Assembly: GCA_001179505.1 (NCBI GenBank)
Contig: CDMY01000364.1
Coordinates: forward strand, 35,868-99,867
Direction of reading: 5' to 3'
Length of the DNA stretch: 64,000 nt
DNA from: Vitrella brassicaformis CCMP3155
Lineage: Eukaryota > Protista > Chromerida
The translations under genes and the position numbers were made by a program. Position 1 is the first letter of the stretch; the number at the start of each line of letters is the position of its first letter. The notes below the pieces were generated by a model. It had not been told where the DNA came from and did no database searches. It was given only the letters and a program-made list of their open reading frames with translations. This document shows, piece after piece, positions 1-10,398 of this stretch.

Positions 1-1572
1 TTCGTGGCTGCTGTCATCATTGGGCGACGTCGTAGCTGCTGCTGGTGGCGGAGGTGGCGGCTGGGTGCTGCTGTCTTGCTGCTGGAGAGCTTGAGGGCCT
101 TGCTCCATGCTGACAGTCGACCTGACAACAAAGGAGGGGCGCCAGGAAGGACAAAGATGAAAGCCATGACCCACAGCGACGCTCACACGCGTGTGTGACT
201 TTGTGTGTGTGTGTGTGTGTGTGTATGTGAGGCACCCGTTGACAATGCAAACGAGCTGCAGCTGTTCGTATCCCTCAATTCTCTTATTATCTGACAGTAT
301 GATTTGCCTGACCTCCCCCTCGCGCATCGACAGCAATCCCTCACGGAGCCACCCATTCCCAAAATCAGACAGACGATACTCCAGCCCATAGACCTTGTAG
401 AAATCGTCGTTCGTGTCAAAGCCGTTACTCCACGAAATCCAGTCGTATTTGACGGTGTCGTTGAGTGTTGGCACACTGCCGGTGCCCTGCCGCACGACCT
501 TGGAGAATGCACCAGATGGTTGGCGTACAAAGCCGTCGGAAATGGCGTTGCCGTTACGTGGTGCTGGGTGAGGCAGCTGCCTTTGAGGTGACCTGACGAG
601 CGAGTCAGGCAGAGTACACGGGCAAAGTGACATCCATGTGGCACACGCGCTCGTGCGTGTGTATGTGTGTGTGTATACCCATCGATAATCTTGATCAACC
701 GCAGCTGCGCAAAGCCGTCCTCTACCCCCCTTAGCCCAAGTATTTGCCTCATCTCCCCCTCACGCATCGACAGCAACAGGTCAGCAACGGGCGAGTCCGC
801 CTCCCGGAGATAAGTCTCCCAGCAACGGATATCGACCCAGGTGTCATTGCCGTCGAAGGCATCCCGCCAAACAGTCAAGTGCCACTCGACAGCCTGGCTG
901 AGTGTTGGCGCATGGCCGGTGCCCTCTTGCACCACCTTGTAACGAAGACCAAGAGATGGATGTTCCACGAAGCCATCGTCGGCCGTGTTCTCCCCTTTGC
1001 CGGCCGCCGCCCCTTCATCTGCCGCTGGTCTCGCTGCTGAGGTTGGTGCGGGTGCTGGTGGCTGATCGCCTTCCTTATTCTCTTGACCTTTGTCGGTGCC
1101 CATAGCCGACCTGAACACCAGCACCAAGTCGGGGATAAAGCACACCTGCCTTGTGTGTCTGTGTGTGTAGGTCACTCACGTGTCGGGTTCGATGCAGAAC
1201 TTGATGTGCGAGTGGAATGACGGCTTGATGGCCAACCGCTGACCATTGACGTCAAACTCATAACCGCCTTTGCCATCACCATGGACCAACTGACCATCCA
1301 ACAGCCCAACAGGTTCTCCACTCATGGCGGCAACACACCGCCCTACACACACACACACACACACACACACACTCAGAGTGACGTTCACTTCAGCGAGAGA
1401 TCTGTATGTGTGTCGGTGTTGGCTGACGTCCTCTGAGTCGGCTGTTCCGGTGGAAGACATCCAGCCGTGATATGAGCTGCATCTGCGGCTGCAGTGGTGC
1501 GAGTGGTGGTCGCACAAACCCACAGATAGTCGCCCAGGGCACCAACAGGACGCCAAACAGCCACACGACCAT
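1..1572 (-). CDS. Multi-exon protein with signal/transit-like leader and at least 2 (probably 3 or more) atypical FKBP-like domains; runs off the left edge (gene A)
   Basis: Leader MVVWLFGVLLVPWATICGFVRPP (ATG 1572). Exon MSGEPVGLLDGQLVHG...IEPD. Domain 1 (~680-990): LRYKVVQEGTGHAPT...WRDAFDG...LLSMREGEMRQI...AQLRLIKI. Domain 2 (~240-550, read by hand): GAFSKVVRQGTGSVPTLNDTVKYDWISWSNGFD...WLREGLLSMREGEVRQI...EQLQLVCI. The exon at 1-130 ends PPPPPAAATTSPNDDSSHE, the same linker that precedes the FKBP unit at 13099-13575. The exon 1 donor is uncertain. Confidence 0.75.
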
Positions 1573-1727
1573 CTCACGACAGTCACGACACACGCCCGAT
1601 TTGTCGCTTGTTCTCTGCTGTTGATGAATCAAATGCCTCCAGATCGCAGGTGGGAGCTCTTATGGCTGTTCTCCTAGCGCAAACGTCGCTTCTTCAAAGG
1701 AAAGCGGCCGATCGGCCTGTGGCTCGC
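967..1727. repeat. Segmental duplication, copy 1 (5' half plus upstream region of gene A); copy 2 at 15141-15908
   Basis: Near-identical sequence by eye, e.g. ttgatgaatcaaatgcctccagatcgcaggtgggagctcttatggctgttctcctagcg at 1621 and 15802, with shared exons and introns. Confidence 0.9.
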
Positions 1728-1799
1728 AGCTTCCATGACAAACCGTCGCCATGTGAGCCAAAAGCGACAACGAGCATCTCCCAGGTCAGCTGACATCAC

Positions 1800-2390
1800 G
1801 TGCAAAATCTGACTGAGATCTGTCAACACGTTCATGTCTGTGTGTCCCCTCTTCGCGTGTCCTTGATGCAGGTCTGCTGTAGGATGTCGTCGTCTGTTGA
1901 GCAGCCGGCCGGGCCGACGGGCGGTCGGTCTGTTTTTTGCATGCCAGTGCATAAGGATCTCTCTGTATGTTTGTCGGTGAGTGTGGGTGTGGCCAATGGC
2001 AATGGCGCCACAGTGCTGCGGCGTCAGGAGGTCTCATCGCCAACCACAGCAAGTGGCCAGGGCGGTGGCGCTGATGTGTTCTTTCGGTTGCCGTCGGGTG
2101 TGTTCTATCAAGTGGTGCGGCAGGGCAGTGGGCCCAAACCCACACGTGATCAGACCGTCAAGTACGACCTCATCGAGTGGCGTGACGACTTCGATGGACA
2201 GCGCAAGAAATATGATCTCGGTGGGCTGGAGGGTCGTGTGTCTTGGCAACAGGAGTGGCTCCAGGAGGTCTTCACTGACATGCGTGTGGGTGAGGTGCGG
2301 CGGGTCCTCGTGCCGTTCAACAGACTGAGCTCTCGTGGAACTCTCAGTTTGGTGAGATATATCCAGTACAGTCTGGTGGCCATCCTGTGA
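1800..2390 (+). CDS. Single-exon atypical FKBP-like domain protein (start uncertain)
   Basis: PSGVFYQVVRQGSGPKPTRDQTVKYDLIEWRDDFDG...EWLQEVFTDMRVGEVRRVLVP...RYIQYSLVAIL*. This is an FKBP-type beta-strand/helix pattern with the 80s loop nearly absent. Confidence 0.75.
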   Translation: MQNLTEICQHVHVCVSPLRVSLMQVCCRMSSSVEQPAGPTGGRSVFCMPVHKDLSVCLSVSVGVANGNGATVLRRQEVSSPTTASGQGGGADVFFRLPSGVFYQVVRQGSGPKPTRDQTVKYDLIEWRDDFDGQRKKYDLGGLEGRVSWQQEWLQEVFTDMRVGEVRRVLVPFNRLSSRGTLSLVRYIQYSLVAIL

Positions 2391-3148
2391 TCGCCGTCTC
2401 CTGGTGTGTCTGCTATGTGTGCGTCTGTGGCGGTGAGGCGCCATCCAGCTGACGTTTTTTGTTTCTATAGCTGCTGTGTTGGTGTGGGGAATTTCGGTCG
2501 TTCTTTCTGGACTTTCCCCTCTGTCGATGATCGCTCTTTATGGGAGTGTATGCCTCGTGTGTGTCTGCACGACGGGCGCATTCCACGACCGACGATGTGA
2601 CGACTTTTTTTTTCCTGTCGCCCGTGCATGTGCAGTTCTGTGTTGGCGCTGTATGACACATGTGTTCTCACAGAGATGCTCTGACTCCTTCCTGTGACTC
2701 CATCCTTATATGTCAAATCAACTTGTCGGTGTGCTGTTTTTGATGGTTGAAGTGTGGCACCCAGATGAAAGCAACACTTCTGACATCGGCGTGGCCTGAG
2801 ATGACGTGTATGCAGGCGGCCAGTGGGAGTGACGGACCCGACACACATAGGCATGGATTGACAAGAATGGACGCATGTCGTTTCCGGCCGTCAGTCATAC
2901 ACACTCAGTGATAGACAGCCACCACGCTTTGTCCATCCATCCATCAATCAACAGCTAGATCCGATCGGCTGTGTGTCCCTCATCCCACCGCAGCCACCAA
3001 CACTCCAACCAACAGCCGAGGAGCTGGCTGTCGATATCTACGACTACCTAAAGACACACACACACACGCAGAAGCCGACCAGGTCAGTACGCACATGTGC
3101 CCTTTCTGTCTGCCACGCCAATTCCACTCCTTACCTGTTGTGTGTCTA

Positions 3149-5431
3149 TCAAGTGCGTCTGGCGACGGTGATGGCGTCGTACCGCATGGTGATGGTGTTC
3201 GGTGCGCCGAGCAGGTTGAGCGCCGCCAGCTGCGTGTTGAAGAGCCGCCGCACGCCCTCGCGCACACGCTGGTTCCAAAGGGAAGCGGACGCCTTGCGCA
3301 CGCCGGCCCTGCTGATGACGCCACCGAGCGACGCCATCAGCGAGCCGTTGAACACCTCCTCCGTCGCACCAGCTGGCAAGCTGCCTGCATAGCCAGACCA
3401 ACACAGACAGCCAAATGTGACGCGCGGGATTCCTCAGTCGGTCTGCCGATTCCACTCCTTCTTACCGTACACATCGAGATGCACGTCGTCAATGGCCGGC
3501 AGGTCGTGGCTCGCCCACTCCTGCAGCGGCCGGCTGCCATCTAAGATGCCACCCGCCGACACCTTGATGTTCACCGACAGGCACATTTCCCCCTCGCTGC
3601 TACTACTACCGCCCCCTCGCCGCCCCCCTGTCCCTCCCCTGTGGCCATGTGCCTCTTGAGTGCACTCAGGTACACCACAGCATTGTTTGCCGCGTTAAGG
3701 TGCGTCCCTGTGTCCACGAATTGGATGGTGCGGCACTGCGGCATGCTGTTGGCGACCGTCCTGGCCAGGCCGTCGACCACCTCTGCCGACAGCTGCCGTG
3801 GCGGGCACCGGAAAATTGTGGCGCTGGGGAAATATGTGCTGTCTGCGGCGGCGTTGAGGTCGGTCAGCTCATTCTCGTACACCACTACATCGGCGAGATC
3901 GGCAAACTCACGAACGAGCTTCTGCACCTGCACAGAGACGACATTGGGGACAACGATTGCGTTGTGATTGGATGAATGTGCAGCCATCTATGGTGTGTTT
4001 GGTACCCGAGAGCTTTCATCGGCCATCCACTCGATGAGCTCCAGCTCCATCTCGCCCTCGCATTCTATCTTGAACTGCGGCTTGTCGAGGGCTTGTGGCT
4101 GCAGCACTGCCTCCGATAGCCGTGCCAACTCACGCAACACCCCCTTGTGCTCGGCCGTGATCTTCCCCTTGACCGCGATGGGCAGCTCGCGGAGGGACTT
4201 GCGGCACCCCCGCTTCAAAAGGGCCTCCCGCATGCTGGCCAGCACATCCCGCATGGCATCGGCATTCCCCTCATACAAATCCCATCCATGTTTGCCGAGG
4301 GTGCCGATGGACTGCAGGCGGGCGAGGGAAGTGCCGGGGGGCGGCACGGACAGCAGCTGCACCTTGTCGACGGTCGACGAACTGCCATCGTCGAATACCT
4401 CCAGATGCTCGCATTACGTCATCCATTCCTTCGCCGCCTCCACTTCATCATCACCCTCGTCCCACTCGAATGTCATGACCCGCACTGATGGCGTGTGCCA
4501 CACGCGATTGCCCGTGCGCACGGCCGCACAGGCATGAGGCATGGAGTGGACCTCCTCGAGGGCAGACAGGTCGACGGGAGAGGGGCAGGGGGGCAGGGGG
4601 TCGGCAGAGACGTCGCTGCCCTCAAGATACAGCTCTCCGTCGCTGTCTTTCTCGAAGCTGAGGACCTTGATGGATGAGGCGGCGGATGGGCCGTCCTGCC
4701 TTGACGCCACCGCTGCTGCTGCCGAGGTTCCGCCCTCGCCCTGCCCCTCCTCCCTCCTCCCCCTCGTGGCCTTCCTGGCCGACCGCATTGCCCTCGAGGA
4801 TCGCCACCCAAATCCCACGACACCAGTAGCTGGCCTCCCAGCACGCGTAGATGACGTGCAGGTGGGTGAGGTTGGCGGCCCGCTGGCCCCACCGGTATGC
4901 CACCTCCAGCGGCAGCCGCTCCCACAGTCGACGCACGCCGCCCTTGTCTGACCCGTCGATGGTCAGGTGGGTGTACTGCTGGGCCGCCCAGCCGACGAGG
5001 GTCTTGCCGATCGTGGGGGCGACGCGGGCCAGCTCCCATGGCTGGTAGAAGCCGAACACACCCGCCAGCTCATCGCGGGAGAGGCGAAAACGGGCCTGAA
5101 CACACATTCCAGTGCACAGATGTGCTTGAGTTGCACGTGTGCTCCTCTCACCGGTCCATTGTTTGGCGGCGGTCTCCCCGATTTGCAGACCAGGCGAAAC
5201 GACAGCACCTTCCCCTCTACCACACTACTCTGCACCGGCCAGCAACACACGCACAACACACAAATGCCACACACCGCCTTGCACTCATTCCTCTTCAGTC
5301 CTCCATACCTCGGCATTGGGAGCCGCTTCAGATGACGCTTCGGCCGCAGCAGGGGCGACAGCGGAGGACGCAGCGATGTCATTCGGTGGCTGATGGGGGA
5401 ATGACGCCGCTGCTCTGGTGAGGGCATCCAT
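3149..5431 (-). pseudogene. Disrupted member of a lineage-expanded family with an F-box-like N-terminus
   Basis: LSRDELAGVFGFYQPWELARV...YTHLTID...WCRGIWVAILEG. Frameshift at ~4778, in-frame stops at 4414-4416 and 3988-3990, second frameshift in a G-run at ~3615, last exon 3149-3390. The F-box label is inferred from motif likeness only. Confidence 0.7.
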
Positions 5432-6105
5432 CGTCCCACGCACAGAGGACTCGGCAACTGAGGCGTGAGTCGATGCAGCCGAGAGCGACAGAAGCGTCGC
5501 CAACACGTCCGCAGGACCATTGCCGTCCCGTTGAAACTCGTCGCTGAGCAGCTGGATCTCCCGCTGCAGTTGCTGAAGGCCCTCGCGCCACACACGAGCG
5601 TCGGCGCACAACTGTGCAAACCACACACCATAACGCCGATATTTTAGAGCTGTTTGCCCTCGCCGGTCATCTTCCGCCCCGTTGGTGCCCTCTCACCTTG
5701 CTAATCATAGTGCCAGATGCTGAGGTCTGGCCCGACGGATCATCCTCCTCCGAGCCATCCATCATGGCGACACACTATCGCTCGTCAGAAACCGCCCGTG
5801 CGACCCTCGCATGACGTGTGGCCGACACAAAATACCACCAACAAGGCCACACGCAGCTCATTTGGCAACTCCTTTCCTGGTCGTATTTAAGCTCGCAAAG
5901 GGGAAGCGGATTGAACCTATGGATACAAGCTAATTTGGCCTGCGACCTTGATGCCCTGTGGTATGCCGACCAGTACATGGCCACAACATGACTCACAACG
6001 CGGCGAAAGCGTCTCAATATCGTCATTTACGATATCACTGTGGCGTTACGTACGTAGTGGGGATGCGGAAGGCGCAGGCGTGCAGCTGCCTCGGCTGTCC
6101 TCTGC

Positions 6106-7580
6106 ATGACAGCCACGGTGACAATGGTTTTTGAGGGCCTTTCCTCTCTGGCCTGCCTCATCTCTGTCGCCTCTGCCGCCTTCGGCGACCTCAGCTATGG
6201 CGTCCCAGCCTCACGGGGGCGATTCAGTCTCTCATTCAGCCACCACACCACCACTGAGGTCCCCGACAGCGATGAGAGGGAGAGCACCTACGTCAGCACC
6301 GCATTTTCGCTCTCTCCGGGTGACGTCCTCAACACCGATCCCTTCGACGTCCCCGTCGAGATGCCTTACAATGAACCGATGGCGATAAGAGGCCTGTGGG
6401 GGGAGATTGTGGACGACAGGAATGTCAGCGTGCCACTCGACGAGGTATGCTCATCAATGAAGGCGGTCTCCATGGATTTGTGTGTGTGTGAGTTAAAAGG
6501 TGTACGTGCATCATTGGTTTCTGTTCTACACGACGCCTGACGCCGGCAACGAGCTGGTGGGGAAGCTGGGCACAGGCGCAGAGACCAGAGGTCACTGACT
6601 GACTGACTGACGGACGGACGGATGGATGGATGGACGTGAAGGCACATTCGTGTGTGCTCCCATGTCTGGCTGCAGGCACTCCGATAGTATCTCTCACCGC
6701 TCCCTATGCCTTCACGACGACAGGCAAGGAGAAGTGGTGGCTCAACGTGCACCTGCTGATGCTGCAAAACGTCACCAACGTGTCGGCGTGCATTCAGGTA
6801 AGACACACATGGCATCAATGGGACCCCTGCAGGCCTTTGCGTGCGACATGTCGGGATATATGTGTGTGTATCTTTCAGTGCCTGTGCCCTCCCGATGGCC
6901 GACATGGGTCTTTCAACTGCTGCCCAGATGGGGTGAGTCTCCTGTGCTCACGGGTGTGTGCACTCTCACCACTTGGCCTCTCTGTGTGCATCCCACAGGC
7001 CCACTGGCACACGACATTCGACCCCTTCGTGACCTCCGACGGCACAGATGCCTTCGATGACCCCCACCAGTGCGCCAACTGCAACAGCGACCCAGATGAC
7101 GTCTTCGGTCCGCCCATCCAGAGCGGTTTTCTTGCCCGCCCCGCCCCCAAGTACTACCGAGTCAAGTACACGGTGCGGTATGCCCATGTCAGCCCCATTG
7201 TGCGGCCGGTCCGCGCCAACATGATCATCGATGCCGTCGGCGGACGGCATGAGTGGAATGTCTTCCCTGCAGAGGGATGCCTGAAGCCATCAGCCAGCCA
7301 TCTTGCGGTTGCCATCAAGGAACGGCGGCTGGGCGACAGTGGCCATGATGATATTGCCGAGAGGTGTGTCGACACCAAGACGGCCACTGTGGTGGTGGAT
7401 GAGGACTTCCAGCTCATCGGCATGCGCGCCCATATGCACATCGGGGCCATCGACGCGGTCCTTGCCGGCATCAGCAGCAACAGCAGCGACACAGATGACG
7501 GTAGTGGGATCGATTGGCGCTGCGACATGCGGGCCATCTACGGCCGCACGCCCCACACGGCTGGCGACCTCAGGGGCGAC
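6106..7580 (+). CDS. Secreted SURNod19 (stress up-regulated Nod19)-like protein, truncated at its 3' end
   Basis: Signal peptide. The spliced motifs VPLDE|VYVHHW, GTGAETRG|T, WWLNVHLL, ACIQ|CLC, GMRAHMHIGAID and CDMRAIYG match the recalled SURNod19 pattern. Homology stops at YGRTPHTAGD and runs into CT-rich intron-like DNA with no stop or donor. Confidence 0.7.
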
Positions 7581-7680
7581 CTTCCTCTCTCCCTCCCTCC
7601 CTCCCTCACACCCCCAGTCACCGTTTCTCTCTCTCTATCTCTCTCTCTCTGTGTGTGTGTGTGTGTCATGACTACTTCAG

Positions 7681-7860
7681 GTCAGAGACGGCGAGCAGAG
7701 GATGCAGAAGCATCCTGAGGAGGACGCCGAGGAGATCAAGGCTAAGCACAAGGAGATCGAAGAGATCTGCAACCCCATCATCTCGGCCGTCTACGGCGCC
7801 GCGGGCGGCGCGGGCGGCCCCACCGGCGAGGAGGACTACAAGGCACACGACGAACTCTAG
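7681..7860 (+). pseudogene. BiP: Orphan terminal exon of ER HSP70 (BiP) ending in HDEL
   Basis: After the acceptor cttcag: VRDGEQRMQKHPEEDAEEIKAKHKEIEEICNPIISAVYGAAGGAGGPTGEEDYKAHDEL*. No other HSP70 exons were seen upstream. Confidence 0.85.
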
Positions 7861-8920
7861 ACACAGACAGAGAGACAGACAGACAGACAGACGGATGGAT
7901 CGACCGACGGACCTGGATAGATAGATGGTAGCTTCCGTCCTCCCGTCGTAGCTCCTCCCTCCCTCCATCCATCCATCCATCGACCGATCGCTAAGCCTGC
8001 ATGTGTGGGTCGACGTCAAAGCACTCACTCCAATGCACACGCAAATGCAGCACCGTCGACGTCGAAGTGCTCGCAGTGCAGTGCTGGACTTCTGCTTTCT
8101 TTTCGGATGGATGGATGGATGGATGAGTGCTATCGCTCTCTTTGTCCGTGTGTGTGTGTGTGTGTGTGCGGGCGTGTTGGTGGTTGCCTTCCACGGCAGC
8201 ATTTTTGCTTATAGGGGGTGGATGGGGGTGGGGCGGGTTGGAGCGGACTGAGTGCATGTCTGCCTGCATGATGGATGGACCGGCGAACATCTCTCTGTCT
8301 GCCGTTTTCCCGCACACAGACAGAGACGCAGTGAGTGGACGGATGAGATGAATTAGCTGCCTCCCTGCCTGCCTGCCTGCCTGCCTGGGTGTCTGTCTGC
8401 CTGCGTGGTGTCTGTGACACACACATAATCCAATACGTACGGTCTGACTAGTGAGTGTCGGCTTTATCTCTGTGAATACCCCTACTCCCTTTCTGACTCG
8501 CTTTGAACATCTACTCACTGTCTGTCTGTCTAGCTTCCCTTCCCCCCTCCTATCCTATCCGCTGCCCCTCTCTCTCTCTCCCCGTTTTGTTGCCACTGCC
8601 TCCCTGTCTCATTGTCCCGCACGCCAGTCGCACGCCTCCTCAGATCTGCCTTTCCTGTTCTCAGTGCCTGCTGGGCAGGGCAGGTAAGCGTGTGGAGTGT
8701 CATCTGCTCCGATGGCTCGTCACTCGCTTGCCGCCGCGAGGGAATGAGAGCAGACAGACGGGTGTCGCAATCGGCCCGGTCTGGTTTATTGCTGATGCCT
8801 ACTCGGCCTCTGTGTGTGGCTATCGACACCGGTCCATGCAGGCCCGTGTATTCTGCGTGCGTCGCACTTCGTGTACATCTACAGAACAGAGACCACGAAT
8901 CAATGCGCAGATGCATCGAT

Positions 8921-9892
8921 TCAGTCACGCGTGACTGGCAGGGTGGCAGCCCATGCGTATGAGATGGCTGCGGGATTGTAGACCAGGCCCAATCCTGAGC
9001 GGACACGCAGAGACGCACGCACACACACATAAGCACACGGAGCCTCTCTGTCTGTCTGTCTGTCTGTCCGTCCGTCTGAATGGGTGGTGTATTACCCCTT
9101 TTCTCAGCGAGCTCTGCAGCCATCAGGTCTACACACACAACACACGCACACACGTACACACAATGCGACATTGTCAGACACGCTCAGACACACAGACAGA
9201 TGGTGTTCTTACAAAGGTTTGCCATGCCCCTTTTCAAAGCCGGCAGGTCTTCACGTAAGAACACCTCCGCTTCTTCCCTGCTGACACCAGCAGAAGACAG
9301 CCTGCAGCAAGCAAGCAAGCACAGAAACCACGAGGCACACACACATAACTAGACGCACTCTCTCGCACGCACGCACGCACACAATTCATTGGCAGTCACG
9401 TAGGCTACAACCCACCTTTCTTTCGGCAATCCTTTCTTCTTCAAGCGATTCTCGTCGTCAAGTAGTGCCAGAAACATGTTCTCCCCGTCAGTCACCCACT
9501 GGCGGAGCTCATCATCGGACGGCGGTGGGCTTTTCTTCCCAGCCATCCGGCCCTGCCACACGCACAAACAAACTGGTTGAGATATAGGTCAGTTTGCGCG
9601 TTGCCTCCCTTTCCCCACTCACCGCAGCCACCATCATCGCATCGAACCACCCGTCTTTGCCCAACGCTGGGATGGCGCGAGTGACCATGGTGAGGGGATG
9701 ACGCACCACCCGGACCGGGTCAGCGGTGGGCAGACGTCCTTCTCTGGGCTTGCAGGTGATGCCATTGCCCCTGTTGGCGAAGCTGCTCGTGCACGGGGGA
9801 TGACGGATGAGGAACGACAACGGCGTGCCCGTCGGGGAAGCAGATGACGCCGCTGTCGCTAGGCAGATGGCGGCAGCGACCGCATATATCAT
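8921..9892 (-). CDS. Hypothetical multi-exon protein with signal peptide, possibly plastid-targeted
   Basis: MIYAVAAAICLATAASSA...SFL leader. Exons GRMAGKKSPPPSDDELRQWVTDGENMFLALL..., LSSAGVSREEAEVFLREDLP..., YLMAAELAEKR and GLGLVYNPAAISYAW; the phases of the last three exons fit. Confidence 0.5.
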
Positions 9893-10081
9893 CCACAAAG
9901 ATGGAAAAGCGGTCTAGGCGGATGCAGGTCTTTCTCTCCTTTGACGTAAAAGCGCGCAGCCCTTCATCCCTCTATGAAGTGCCAAGCTGTGCAGCCCTTG
10001 CACACTAGAGAGGAAAGCGATGAGTCATTACATTACGCCTCAGATCAGGGTTCCCACTCGCTTCCGTTTTTGCCCTCCTGC

Positions 10082-10112
10082 AGGGTTTGAAACCCTTAAC
10101 CCGTAACCCTAG
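10082..10112. repeat. Short cluster of degenerate telomere-like units (telo-box-like)
   Basis: agggttt-g-aaaccct-taaccc-gtaaccctag, lying between divergent gene starts at 9892 and 10399. Confidence 0.45.
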
Positions 10113-10398
10113 CACCCCGTCGCCCACTGGGTCGTGGTGAGCGACAAGCGCAGAAAGAATCACGAATGACGTGCATGCGTCAGAACATCCACCTCTGAGC
10201 TTGCCGGTCTTCAGCTCGTTGGGGAAAAAACAGGTCCCTCAAAACCCTGCCTGCGAAGAACAGGAATATGACTTCGGCCTCGTGAGGGCATCAGGTGTGC
10301 AACGACAATGGGACCAGACTCAAACCTACTCATGGTGCCTGCTCGGTTGTGTGTGGTTGTCAGGCATCGCTGACAGATCTGCTGCGCCGCAACAAACG

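Noticed and set aside
3968-4951. Plus-strand ORFs of 110-190 aa
   Set aside because: Antisense shadows of the GC-rich minus-strand F-box-like pseudogene.
5614-6030. Short ORFs (e.g. YWSAYHRASRSQAKLACIHRF...) as a possible transposon fragment
   Set aside because: No recognisable motif, terminal repeats or splice support.
7672-9360. Many ORFs rich in HTHT, CVCV, SLSL, DRQT or MDGW
   Set aside because: These are translations of (CA)n, (GT)n, (CT)n, (GACA)n and (GATG)n intronic or intergenic microsatellites.
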